DNA of 64,000 nucleotides from Gemmatimonadaceae bacterium (lineage in GTDB: Bacteria; Gemmatimonadota; Gemmatimonadetes; Gemmatimonadales; Gemmatimonadaceae), in contig JBJMOW010000006.1 in the NCBI GenBank assembly GCA_045803545.1, positions 1-64,000 of the forward strand, in the 5' to 3' direction. Positions 46,570 to 55,614 of this stretch are shown here, one piece after another. The notes under the pieces were generated by a model, which was not told the DNA's origin, did not search any database, and saw only the letters and a list, made by a program, of their open reading frames with translations. Position numbers and translations under genes: made by a program. Within the stretch, counting starts at the first letter, position 1. Each line of letters begins with the position of its first letter.

Positions 46570-46878
46570 CTGTCGAAATACTTGCTGACGCTCTACGTCA
46601 CAGGCACCAGTCCGCGCACCCAGACAGCGATAGAAAACCTCAATCGTATCTGCAGGGAGGAGCTCGACGGTCGGTATGAGCTGCAGATCGTGGACGTATT
46701 GGAACATCCGCAGCGCGCCGAAGACGAGCGCATTCTGGCGACGCCGACCTTGATCAAGGAGCTGCCACCGCCGCTGCGACGCGTGATCGGCGACTTGTCC
46801 GATAAAGAGAAGGTCCTGCTCGGGCTGGAGGTCCGTCCGCCCGGCAATCAACCCCCCGCGAGTCCAGAGGCGTCATGA
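46570..46878 (+). CDS. kaiB: circadian clock protein KaiB homolog
   Basis: LTLYVTG, IVDVLEHPQRAE..RILATPTLIKELPPPLRRVIGDLS; proposed CTG start 5 nt after GGAGG. Confidence 0.95.
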   Translation: MSKYLLTLYVTGTSPRTQTAIENLNRICREELDGRYELQIVDVLEHPQRAEDERILATPTLIKELPPPLRRVIGDLSDKEKVLLGLEVRPPGNQPPASPEAS

Positions 46879-48443
46879 CACCCAGTAATCGGTCAGCCAC
46901 CAGCGATCACCGCGCGGTGGAAAAGCTGGCCACCGGCATCTCCAGCCTGGACATCATCGCCAAGGGCGGATTGCCGAAGAATCGGACGACGCTGATCTCG
47001 GGAACCGCCGGTAGCGGCAAGACAGTGTTCGCGACGCAATTCCTTGCCGCTGGAATCGCCAAGGGCGAGAACGGCGTGTTCGTTACGTTCGAGGAATCGG
47101 CAGCGGACATTCGCGCCAACATGCGGAGCTTCGGCTGGGACCTCGCCCAGTGGGAAAACGAAGGCCGCCTGGCATTCGTCGATGCATCGCCCGATCCCCA
47201 TATCGAGACCGTAGAGGCAGGTGCCTTCGACCTCGGTGCGCTGCTCGCGCGCGTCGACAACGCGGTAAAGAAGGTCAAAGCTTCACGAGTCTCCGTGGAT
47301 TCGCTCGGCGCAGTGTTCTCGCAGTTCTCCGATCAGACGATGGTGCGCGGCGAGCTATTCCGAATCGCGAGCGCCCTCAAGTCTATGGGCGTCACCGCAG
47401 TACTCACTGCCGAACGCACCGAGGATCACGGTCCGGTAGCGAGGTTTGGCGTCGAAGAATTCATCGCCGACAACGTGCTCATTTTGCGCAATGTGCTCGA
47501 GGATGAGACCCGCCGTCGCACGATCGAGATTCTCAAGTTCCGTGGCTGCGATCATCAGAAAGGCGAATATCCCTTCACGATCGTTCCCAACGGCGGCGTG
47601 ATCGTCATTCCTCTTTCGGCAATGCAATTGAGCATGAAATCGTCGAACGTGCGCATCTCGTCAGGGAATAAGGAGCTCGACGAGATGTGCGGCGGCGGGT
47701 TTTTCCGCGATTCCGTTACCCTCGTTTCGGGTGCAACCGGAACCGGGAAGACGCTGACAGTGACGCAATTCCTGCAGGGCGGCGCCGCCGCGGGCGAGCG
47801 ATGTCTGCTGCTCGCGTTCGAAGAAAGTCGTGATCAGCTGGTACGAAACGCGACGGGGTGGGGCTTCGACTTCGAGAAGATGGAGCGCGATGGACTGTTG
47901 CGCGTAGTCTGCGATTACCCGGACCTGTCGGGTCTCGAGGACTGGCTCATCACCATTCAGCAACTAATCACTGATTTCAAGCCCCAGCGGGTTGCACTCG
48001 ACAGCCTGTCCGCGCTGGAAAATGCCGGCACCCTCAAAGCGTTTCGCGAATTCGTGATCGGACTGACATCGTTCCTCAAGCATCAGGAAATCACGGGGAT
48101 GTTCACCGCCACCACCGGCTCGCTGATGGGTGGAGACTCGATCACCGAATCAAACATCTCGACCCTGACCGACTCTATCGTCCTTCTCCGTTACGTGGAG
48201 ATGTTCGGCGAGATGAAACGCGGCTTGACAGTGCTCAAGATGCGCGGCTCCGGGCACGACAAGGCAATCCGCGAATTCACGATCGGCAAAGGCGGCATGC
48301 AGATGGGCCGTGCCTTCCGCAATGTCACCGGAATCCTTGGCGGCGCGCCGATGCACGTGAATCCTGGCGACGTCGAGCGGGTGTGGTCACAGTACGACAA
48401 GGCGGTCGATCGTCGCCGTCCGGAGAACATTCCCGGCTCCTGA
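46875..48443 (+). CDS. kaiC: circadian clock protein KaiC homolog, double domain
   Basis: P-loops GTAGSGKT and GATGTGKT, FEES twice, KFRG/KMRGSGHDK, phosphosite context ISTLTD. Confidence 0.97.
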   Translation: MTPSNRSATSDHRAVEKLATGISSLDIIAKGGLPKNRTTLISGTAGSGKTVFATQFLAAGIAKGENGVFVTFEESAADIRANMRSFGWDLAQWENEGRLAFVDASPDPHIETVEAGAFDLGALLARVDNAVKKVKASRVSVDSLGAVFSQFSDQTMVRGELFRIASALKSMGVTAVLTAERTEDHGPVARFGVEEFIADNVLILRNVLEDETRRRTIEILKFRGCDHQKGEYPFTIVPNGGVIVIPLSAMQLSMKSSNVRISSGNKELDEMCGGGFFRDSVTLVSGATGTGKTLTVTQFLQGGAAAGERCLLLAFEESRDQLVRNATGWGFDFEKMERDGLLRVVCDYPDLSGLEDWLITIQQLITDFKPQRVALDSLSALENAGTLKAFREFVIGLTSFLKHQEITGMFTATTGSLMGGDSITESNISTLTDSIVLLRYVEMFGEMKRGLTVLKMRGSGHDKAIREFTIGKGGMQMGRAFRNVTGILGGAPMHVNPGDVERVWSQYDKAVDRRRPENIPGS

Positions 48444-49237
48444 TGGTCCTGGATCTGTTCAAGTCCCGCCGCCGCGCGAGGCTGCGCGAGAAACGCGCGC
48501 CCAAAGCATGGCGCATGGTGCTCGAGCGCAATCTGCCGGTCTTCAATCGACTGACGGCGGAAGACCAGGATGAGCTCCTTGCACACGTGCAAGTCTTCGT
48601 CTCCGAAAAGCATTTCGAAGGCGCCGGCGGACTGACGCTGACTGACGAGATCAAAGTCACCATCGCCGCACAGGCGTGCCTGCTGCTTCTGCATCGCGGT
48701 ACCGATTACTACCCGGAGCTGACGTCGATCATCGTCTACCCGACCAGCTACATCTCCGATGAGCAGCGTTACCTCGGCGGCGGCCTATGGGAAGAAGGTG
48801 GCGAACATCGATTGGGTCACACCGGCGAGCGACTCGGCGCGATCGTGTTGTCTTGGGACGACGTGCGACATGGCGCCAGCGAGCCGCACGACGGGAAGAA
48901 TCTCGTGCTGCATGAGTTCGCGCACCAATTGGATTTCGAGAATCGAAACGCTGACGGCACTCCGGTACTGCAGACGAGCGGGGATTATCGTGCGTGGGCG
49001 CGGGTGATGTCGCACGAGTTCGAGGCGCTGCGCGATGCGCTCGAAGCCGGCGACGACACTTTTCTCGACGATTACGGCGCGACCAATCCCGCCGAGTTCT
49101 TTGCGGTGATTACCGAAGCATTTTTTGAAAGACCGCGCGCGTTACGGAGAAATCACCCGGCCCTGTTCATGCAGCTGCAGCGGTTTTATCAGCAGGATCC
49201 GACATCCTACTCTCTCGAGCCGGTCGGGGCTTATTAA
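48443..49237 (+). CDS. MtfA-like M90 zinc peptidase
   Basis: IAAQACL, IIVYP, HEFAHQLD, YGATNPAEFFAV; TGATG overlap with kaiC. Confidence 0.92.
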   Translation: MVLDLFKSRRRARLREKRAPKAWRMVLERNLPVFNRLTAEDQDELLAHVQVFVSEKHFEGAGGLTLTDEIKVTIAAQACLLLLHRGTDYYPELTSIIVYPTSYISDEQRYLGGGLWEEGGEHRLGHTGERLGAIVLSWDDVRHGASEPHDGKNLVLHEFAHQLDFENRNADGTPVLQTSGDYRAWARVMSHEFEALRDALEAGDDTFLDDYGATNPAEFFAVITEAFFERPRALRRNHPALFMQLQRFYQQDPTSYSLEPVGAY

Positions 49238-49305
49238 CTACAAACTGCTCGCTGGCGCCTGGCGCCTTTCAGCCGGCTGCTAGCCGCTCACTACAACTCC
49301 TCCAA

Positions 49306-49959
49306 ATGAAAAGACTTTCTGCGCTACTCGTGTGTCTTCTCGCGGCGTGCGTTGTTAAGAAAGAGAATCCGGTGGATACGCTTGCGGCGTCTTCAACAAC
49401 CAGCACCACTAGCGTCCAGTCAAACGCGAGTGTTCCCGAAACATCGTCGGTTGGGTTGCCTTCCATCGGCGCCTCTGTCGCCGCGCCAACACCGAAACCT
49501 GAAACACCAGCGAGCACGAGCTGGACAGTGACAGCGGGCGGAATCGGTCCGCTACGCGCGGGGATGACCGTGGCAGAGGCGAACAAGGCAGTCGGCGGCG
49601 GGTTCGCTGCTCCGGCAGGCGCGGATCCGGCATGCAGTTATGCAAAGCTAACCAAAGCACCCGACGGACTCGCGGTGATGCTGGAAAACAACAAGATCGC
49701 GCGCGTGGAAGTCAGAAATGGAACGATCGCGACTGCTGAGGGCGCGCGCATCGGCGACACCGAGTCGCGTATCAACTCGCTGTACGGTGGCAGAGTAACG
49801 ACGTCGCCGCACAAGTACGCGACGGGTGGACACTATTTGACGGTCACCCCCGTCAACGACACCACCCATCGAATCGTCTTCGAGACCGATGGGAAAGCGG
49901 TGACAAGCTATCGTGCCGGAGTGCTCCCCGCGGTCGAGTTCGTCGAGCGCTGCGGATAA
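49306..49959 (+). CDS. hypothetical lipoprotein
   Basis: Lipobox LAAC, Ser/Thr/Pro linker, GIGPLRAGMT, C-terminal VERCG. Confidence 0.82.
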   Translation: MKRLSALLVCLLAACVVKKENPVDTLAASSTTSTTSVQSNASVPETSSVGLPSIGASVAAPTPKPETPASTSWTVTAGGIGPLRAGMTVAEANKAVGGGFAAPAGADPACSYAKLTKAPDGLAVMLENNKIARVEVRNGTIATAEGARIGDTESRINSLYGGRVTTSPHKYATGGHYLTVTPVNDTTHRIVFETDGKAVTSYRAGVLPAVEFVERCG

Positions 49960-49962
49960 CCA

Positions 49963-50517
49963 ATGATCAAGAGCATCGTCTGGCGGCGAATCGACAAGCC
50001 GGGCCACGAGTACTGCCTGGTGACGGAATCTGAAACCGGCAACAGGATGAGCGGCGTCTCGATCGTCTCCAATGACGGCGTTCCGCACTGTATCGAGTAT
50101 GAAGTGCAGTGCGACACGTTCTGGAATACTCTGCGATGCCGGATCTCCGAGCACGGCGACACTGGTCGAATCGATTTCGACGTCAGGCGCGAGACGCACG
50201 GCTGGACCCTCAACGGCGTCGAGGTCACCTCAGTCATGAACTGCGGCGACATCGACCTCGGCTTCAGCCCGGCGACCAACTTGTTGCCGATCCGCCGATT
50301 GAAGCTCGAGATCGGTGGAAGCGCCGTCGTGCGCTCAGCGTGGGTGCGCTTCCCCGATTTCACTCTCGAACCCTTAGAGCAGACTTACACCAGAGTCGAC
50401 GCCGAGACTTATCGCTACGAGAGCGACAACGGCCGGTTTAAGCGCGATCTCAAGGTGAACGACGCCGGATTTGTTCTCGACTACCCGGATATGTGGGTAG
50501 CCGAGTCAGTGGCGTAG
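49963..50517 (+). CDS. putative glycolipid-binding domain protein
   Basis: DIDLGFSPATNLLPIRRL, LEQTYTR, GFVLDYP. Confidence 0.88.
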   Translation: MIKSIVWRRIDKPGHEYCLVTESETGNRMSGVSIVSNDGVPHCIEYEVQCDTFWNTLRCRISEHGDTGRIDFDVRRETHGWTLNGVEVTSVMNCGDIDLGFSPATNLLPIRRLKLEIGGSAVVRSAWVRFPDFTLEPLEQTYTRVDAETYRYESDNGRFKRDLKVNDAGFVLDYPDMWVAESVA

Positions 50518-50555
50518 CGGGAGGCGGGAGGCGGGAAGCGGGAAGCGGGAAGCGG
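50517..50555. repeat. heptamer array GCGGGA(G/A) x5
   Basis: Starts at the last base of the TAG at 50515-50517, between convergent genes. Confidence 0.92.
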
Positions 50556-50566
50556 CGGGCCAGTGA

Positions 50567-52096
50567 TCACTGCTTTCCGCAGGTTCCTCCTCCCGGCAAC
50601 TGCGGTGATGACTCGCGCATCAAGGCTTCGATCTCGTTGATCTCACGTGGTGCGCCGCGTGATAGCCATTCGACGCCGTTTTCTGTGATGGCGTAGTCGT
50701 CTTCGATGCGCACGCCGATCCATTTGTACTTATCCACCGCCGGCGCGATGCGGGCGCGGAAGGCGCGATTGCGCGGAGTATCGGCCAGTAGCGCGATGTA
50801 GTCGGGTGCAACGTAGACGCCTGGCTCGACGGTGAACACGTCGCCGACTCTGAAGATGTTGTCCGGATGGTAGTACTGCGCCGGATCGTGGACCTCCAGG
50901 CCGAGTCCATGGCCACCGTAACCGTGAAGCGCGTAAAGCATCAACTGCTTGCAACCGGTGGGCGGACACGACATGCCGGTCAACCCATCGAACGTGGCAT
51001 TGGTCGAATCGATCAGCCCCAATCTCGTGAGGCCTCGCCCAATCACAGCTTTGCCCGAATCGTCCGCGATCATCGAGCTCACGCCATTTTTGATCTGCCG
51101 CACATACGCTTCCTGCGCGTCGCGCACCAGCTGATAAATGTCGCGCTGTGCGGGCGTGAACTTTCCGTTCACTGGAAAAGTGCGCGTCACATCGGCGGAG
51201 TAATGCCTGTAGGATGCAGCCGCGTCGATCAGAATGAGATCGCCGTTGCGCAGTGTGTCATTGTCGATCATGTAGTGCAGCGTGTTGGCGTGCTTCCCCG
51301 ATGCGACGATGCTGCCGTAGCCCGGCCTGGCGGCGCCAAATCGGCGGAAGGTGCCGTCCATCAGCGCCTGAATCTCGTTCTCGCCACACGATGGCGCCGC
51401 TGCTTTCATTGCTTCGCGATGCGCACGCACGCTGATCTGCGCCGCATGATGGAGCAGTGCGATCTCAGTTCGAGTTTTCCTTTCGCGCAGCTCGGTGATG
51501 GCCGAATCGAGCGACAGAATGATCGCGTTCGGATGCGCCGCGCGCAGCGACGAGACGAATCGCGCGCCAAAAGTGACCGTATCTTCGTCGAAGTAGTCGC
51601 CGCTGTGCACCGCAGGGATGAAATACACAGGTAGTCCTGTCGCGATCAGCGAATCGACAACCGGACGCAGTGTGGCGAGCTGCCGACCCGTCATGCCCAT
51701 GGTGCGTGACATATCGGCGATCGCTGTGCGGTCGCCGACGAATCGCGACATGATAGGCGATTGCGTCGGCACAAACATCATCGTCGAAGTCGCGGTCCCT
51801 TTGCGCTTGAGGACCAGCATCGCCGCATCCGACTCATCAAACCCTGTCAGGTATTCGAAGTTCGGCATCTGATAGAAGTCCGGGTAATAATCGAGCGGAT
51901 GCCCCTCACCGAAGGCGAGCACGATCCCCGAATCAACTTTTGCCGTGACCGCCGTCCGCCGAGCCGCGTAGTCCGCCGCGGTTATCGCCGCCGGCGGAGT
52001 AAGCGGCGCCAGCGAGCTCTGACTGCGGGAGAGCGCTGGAGTAAGCGCAAATAGTCCGGCGATTAGAGCGCCACGTCGCGTAAGCTGCGAAACCAT
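50567..52096 (-). CDS. secreted Xaa-Pro aminopeptidase (M24B)
   Basis: FEYLTG, LHY, LIDAA...DVTRT, GHGLGLEVHD, TVEPG, GVRIEDD; TRRGAL signal peptide. Confidence 0.93.
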   Translation of the reverse strand: MVSQLTRRGALIAGLFALTPALSRSQSSLAPLTPPAAITAADYAARRTAVTAKVDSGIVLAFGEGHPLDYYPDFYQMPNFEYLTGFDESDAAMLVLKRKGTATSTMMFVPTQSPIMSRFVGDRTAIADMSRTMGMTGRQLATLRPVVDSLIATGLPVYFIPAVHSGDYFDEDTVTFGARFVSSLRAAHPNAIILSLDSAITELRERKTRTEIALLHHAAQISVRAHREAMKAAAPSCGENEIQALMDGTFRRFGAARPGYGSIVASGKHANTLHYMIDNDTLRNGDLILIDAAASYRHYSADVTRTFPVNGKFTPAQRDIYQLVRDAQEAYVRQIKNGVSSMIADDSGKAVIGRGLTRLGLIDSTNATFDGLTGMSCPPTGCKQLMLYALHGYGGHGLGLEVHDPAQYYHPDNIFRVGDVFTVEPGVYVAPDYIALLADTPRNRAFRARIAPAVDKYKWIGVRIEDDYAITENGVEWLSRGAPREINEIEALMRESSPQLPGGGTCGKQ

Positions 52097-52178
52097 GACA
52101 AACCCCGATTAATGAGGAGAGGGCGTGCGGCCCGCGATAGAATGTTCTTTTTTCCGCGCCGGTCAATAGCTTACGCAT

Positions 52179-52224
52179 CCGCCTCCCGCCTCCCGCCTCC
52201 CGCCTCCCGCCTCCCGCCTCCCGC
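52179..52224. repeat. heptamer array (CCGCCTC) x6 plus partial unit
   Basis: Six perfect units at 52179-52220 running directly into the ATG at 52225. Confidence 0.96.
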
Positions 52225-52548
52225 ATGCGCAAGCGCGATCCCAACGAAAAAAAGCGAAAACCCGAGCCACTCGGCCAGGTCGTGGGCGCATTCCTCAAGG
52301 ATTCGAAGCTTGAAGAACGCCTCGAGCAGGCTGCCGTCGTACCCGAATGGGACCTGCTCGTGGGGAAGCAGATCGCGAAGGTGACCAAACCGATTTCAGT
52401 GACGCGGGATGGGACGTTGTTCGTCGCCGTAAAGACCAACGCCTGGATGACGGAGCTGTCGCTGATGGAGCCGCAGCTGTTGCGCGCGCTTAACGCAAAG
52501 TCGGGGAGATCGCGCGTGAAGAAAATTCGCCTACAGTTGATGCGCTGA
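52225..52548 (+). CDS. dciA: DUF721/DciA family protein
   Basis: W..LVG..IA..TKP, GTLFVAV..NAW..EL motif; lies between recF and gyrB, the usual neighbourhood. Confidence 0.88.
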   Translation: MRKRDPNEKKRKPEPLGQVVGAFLKDSKLEERLEQAAVVPEWDLLVGKQIAKVTKPISVTRDGTLFVAVKTNAWMTELSLMEPQLLRALNAKSGRSRVKKIRLQLMR

Positions 52549-52586
52549 GAGGTACTATCGGGCGCAAGAACGTTTCGAGTGAATCG

Positions 52587-53507
52587 TCAGGCGAATGCCA
52601 GCTTTACCGCCGTCTCGATTAGCTGAAGGAGCTCGCTTACCAGAAAAAAGTACACGACGACGCGCGCAGTTCGCGTCCACGACTTCTTTTTCTCCGAATT
52701 ACGAGCGGCCGCGAACAGGATGGCTGCCATCGGCAGGTGAAAGGCGGTGACAGCCAGACCCATCAAACCGCCGAGAGCAGCAATACCATCACCGCGCCAT
52801 TTCGGGCCGAACGAATCGGCCAACCCGGCCATCGAGACCACCAGCAGTATAGATGCAACGACAAAGTCGAACGTGAATCTCGGATTCACCGACGGGTGAT
52901 CCACCGACGGAGGATCCACAGTTGGATTGTCCTCCCATGGCCTTGGCCATTTGAATGTCCCGGCCGGTATCGGAAGGGCGGTCTCTGGGCGGGGGAACGA
53001 CAAAACTGGTGTCGCGACCACCGGTGTAGCTAACACCGGCGTTGGCACAACCGGCTTCTGCGCCAAATTGGAAGCCTTCTCTGTAGTGAACGGATTCACG
53101 GGAACCCGCTTAGCGAGGCTGATCGCGGCCCTCGATGCCTGTGTGAACAGGAAGAGATCCGCCAGCAGCAAAGGCGCGACTACCGCGCCCAGGTTAGTCT
53201 GGCCGGGCAGAAAAGCCATCACCGCACGGACGATACTCAAACCGAGCAGAGCGATTGCCGCGCGCGGATTCCCCTGCCCGACGTAGTATCCTAGCGCCAG
53301 GTACAAGAACCCCATTGCCAGGCTAACGATTGCAACCGCAACTCCATTCGCCTGCCCGCCAGTCGGCGCGGTGACCAGACTGCACGTTGCAAAGAAGAGG
53401 ACAACGGCTTCCAATTGCGCCAGACGGCGCGCCCACGTCAGGTACGAGCGTGCGGTGTCGCGCGGAACGGCGAATGCCGGATGGCTGGGCGTCAGTAGTG
53501 ACGACAT
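52587..53507 (-). CDS. hypothetical membrane protein
   Basis: Two TM clusters joined by a Pro-rich linker with PVLAT/PVVAT and DPPSV/DHPSV micro-duplications. Confidence 0.7.
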   Translation of the reverse strand: MSSLLTPSHPAFAVPRDTARSYLTWARRLAQLEAVVLFFATCSLVTAPTGGQANGVAVAIVSLAMGFLYLALGYYVGQGNPRAAIALLGLSIVRAVMAFLPGQTNLGAVVAPLLLADLFLFTQASRAAISLAKRVPVNPFTTEKASNLAQKPVVPTPVLATPVVATPVLSFPRPETALPIPAGTFKWPRPWEDNPTVDPPSVDHPSVNPRFTFDFVVASILLVVSMAGLADSFGPKWRGDGIAALGGLMGLAVTAFHLPMAAILFAAARNSEKKKSWTRTARVVVYFFLVSELLQLIETAVKLAFA

Positions 53508-53541
53508 ATCATGGAGACTGCTCCTCCGTCGCCCGCGTCAC

Positions 53542-53862
53542 CTATGGCGCGTCTTTTCCCACTCCCGCCCGCTCGAACTCCGCAAACTCCGCTATGAACG
53601 CGACGGTGATTGCTTGCGCGAGATTGGCGCCGGGTAGCCTCTCCCGGACAAAGGATTCCCACCGACTGACGGGCACCTTCTTGTGGATGACTTCTTCGAC
53701 CCTGAAAATCAGATCGAGATAGTCGATCGATTCCGCGCCGAGAGAGTAAAGAGTGGTTTCGGGATGGACGATGGCTGGATCTACCATCAATACTTGCGCT
53801 ACGATTCGCTGCACTGCTGCAGTCAGATCTTTGTCGGTCACCAGCGACGGATCAACAGGCAC
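53542..53862 (-). CDS. acyl carrier protein
   Basis: LGAESIDYLDLIFRVEE phosphopantetheine-site motif (ES for DS); adjacent to the ketosynthase. Confidence 0.85.
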   Translation of the reverse strand: MPVDPSLVTDKDLTAAVQRIVAQVLMVDPAIVHPETTLYSLGAESIDYLDLIFRVEEVIHKKVPVSRWESFVRERLPGANLAQAITVAFIAEFAEFERAGVGKDAP

Positions 53863-55139
53863 GCGTTCTGTCCCCCAAAGCCAAAGGAATTACTGAGCGC
53901 GGCGTCAATGTCAGCCCGTCGCGCGACATTCGGGACACAATCCACATCGCACGCCGGATCCGGCACCTCGAAGTTGATCGTCGGCGGCATGAACCCCTCC
54001 ACCATTCCCAGAACCGTCGCCGCCAGCTCCACCGCGCCGGCTGCCGCGAGCAAATGCCCGATCATCGACTTCGTCGAGCTCATTGGGGGCAGAACGCTCG
54101 TTCCAAAAGCAGCGCGCACCGCGGCCGCTTCGGTGACGTCGTTCATCTGCGTCCCCGTTCCATGGGCATTGATGTATTTCACATCGGCGACGCTCGCCGA
54201 GCCGTCTGCCAGGCATCGCTTGATAGCCTGCACCGCCGCCGCTGCATCCGGTCGTTCGTCGGTGATGCGGTACGCATCACACGTGCAGCCATAACCGGCC
54301 AGCTCCGCCAGTACCTTCGCGCCTCGCGCTCGCGCCACAGACTCACGCTCGAGAATAAAGACGCCGGCGCCTTCGCCGATCACGAAACCGTCGCGCCGGG
54401 CGTCGAACGGCCGGCTCGCATGCTCCGGATCGTCGTTGCGTTGCGACAACGTTCCCAACATGCTGAACCCAAGAACGCCCACAGGGTTGATCATCGCGTC
54501 AGTACCGCCGGCAATCATGACATCGACATCGCTGCGCTGTATCGCGCGCAAACCTTCCCCGATTGCCTGGGTTCCCGCCGAACATGCAGTCGTGATCGTG
54601 TTATTGGGCCCCCGTGCGTCCTGCTGGATCGCGACGTGGGCGGCGGCCAGGTTGGGTAGGCCACGGAGCATCGAAATCGGATTGGTGCGCGCACGGAATT
54701 CGCGCGAGAACGCCGGTACGTTGAGCTCGTCGGAGTCAAGGTCCCGCGAGGATGCGATCGCGGCCTGCGCCTGACCAGCGAGCAGATCCATGTCGACCGG
54801 TCCCATGCCGCCGGCGCCGAGCGAAATCCCGATTCGATATGGATCGACGTGATTTCCGTTCAAGCCAGAAGCGCGACGTGCCATCGCCGCTGCGGCAACT
54901 GCGAAGCGCGCCGAGCGGCTCATGTGCTTCACCATCTTCGGCGGTTCCACGTAGGAAGCAGCATCGAACTTTGCGTCGTCGACTTCCGCCGCAATCTGGG
55001 TCTCGAGCCCGGCGCAATCGAAGGCGCGGATGCGTGCCGCTCCGGATCGCCCTTCCTTCAGTGCTGCACCAAACTCGGCGATACCTATTCCAATCGGAGT
55101 GACTACGCCGATTCCGGTTATGGCTACACGTTCAGCCAT
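53838..55139 (-). CDS. beta-ketoacyl-ACP synthase II (FabF-like)
   Basis: VAITGIG, TACSAG, RDGFVIGEGAG, NAHGTGT, KSMIGH, NSFGFGG; start ATG 55139. Confidence 0.95.
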   Translation of the reverse strand: MAERVAITGIGVVTPIGIGIAEFGAALKEGRSGAARIRAFDCAGLETQIAAEVDDAKFDAASYVEPPKMVKHMSRSARFAVAAAAMARRASGLNGNHVDPYRIGISLGAGGMGPVDMDLLAGQAQAAIASSRDLDSDELNVPAFSREFRARTNPISMLRGLPNLAAAHVAIQQDARGPNNTITTACSAGTQAIGEGLRAIQRSDVDVMIAGGTDAMINPVGVLGFSMLGTLSQRNDDPEHASRPFDARRDGFVIGEGAGVFILERESVARARGAKVLAELAGYGCTCDAYRITDERPDAAAAVQAIKRCLADGSASVADVKYINAHGTGTQMNDVTEAAAVRAAFGTSVLPPMSSTKSMIGHLLAAAGAVELAATVLGMVEGFMPPTINFEVPDPACDVDCVPNVARRADIDAALSNSFGFGGQNACLLIRRW

Positions 55140-55614
55140 TCGACGTCGCGTTGGCGGACCCCGGGTAGCGACCGAGCCAGATATCCGCTGCATGTTCCCA
55201 ATGCGCGCGATACAAGGGAGGAATGACCACGTCAGGCTCTTGCATGCTGAACGTGAAAGCCGCGACGGCTACCTGGCGGCTCTCCACTGACGCAACTCCG
55301 CGCACTCGCGCGGCGCGATCATCATACGATTCGATTTCGACCGCCAGGCTCACGCTGTCGCCCGGCCGCGCAAACGACGGAAACCTCGCGCGGTCGATGC
55401 TCACCATGACCGCTATGCGTGAATGATTGCAGCTCTCCCACAGCAGCACACCCGCAGTCTGTGCCAGACCTTCCAGCAGATAGACGCCCGGCAGCACCGG
55501 GTTCCCTGGAAAGTGCTCGTTGTAGACATCATCGCTGAGCGCGACGACACGTACCCCCGTCGCGCCCTTGCCGGGTTCGATCTTCACCACTCGATCGAGG
55601 TGGTAGTGCCGCAT
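55132..55614 (-). CDS. 3-hydroxyacyl-ACP dehydratase (FabZ-like)
   Basis: HFPGNPVLPGVYLLEGLAQ; TGATG coupling. Confidence 0.92.
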   Translation of the reverse strand: MRHYHLDRVVKIEPGKGATGVRVVALSDDVYNEHFPGNPVLPGVYLLEGLAQTAGVLLWESCNHSRIAVMVSIDRARFPSFARPGDSVSLAVEIESYDDRAARVRGVASVESRQVAVAAFTFSMQEPDVVIPPLYRAHWEHAADIWLGRYPGSANATSNG

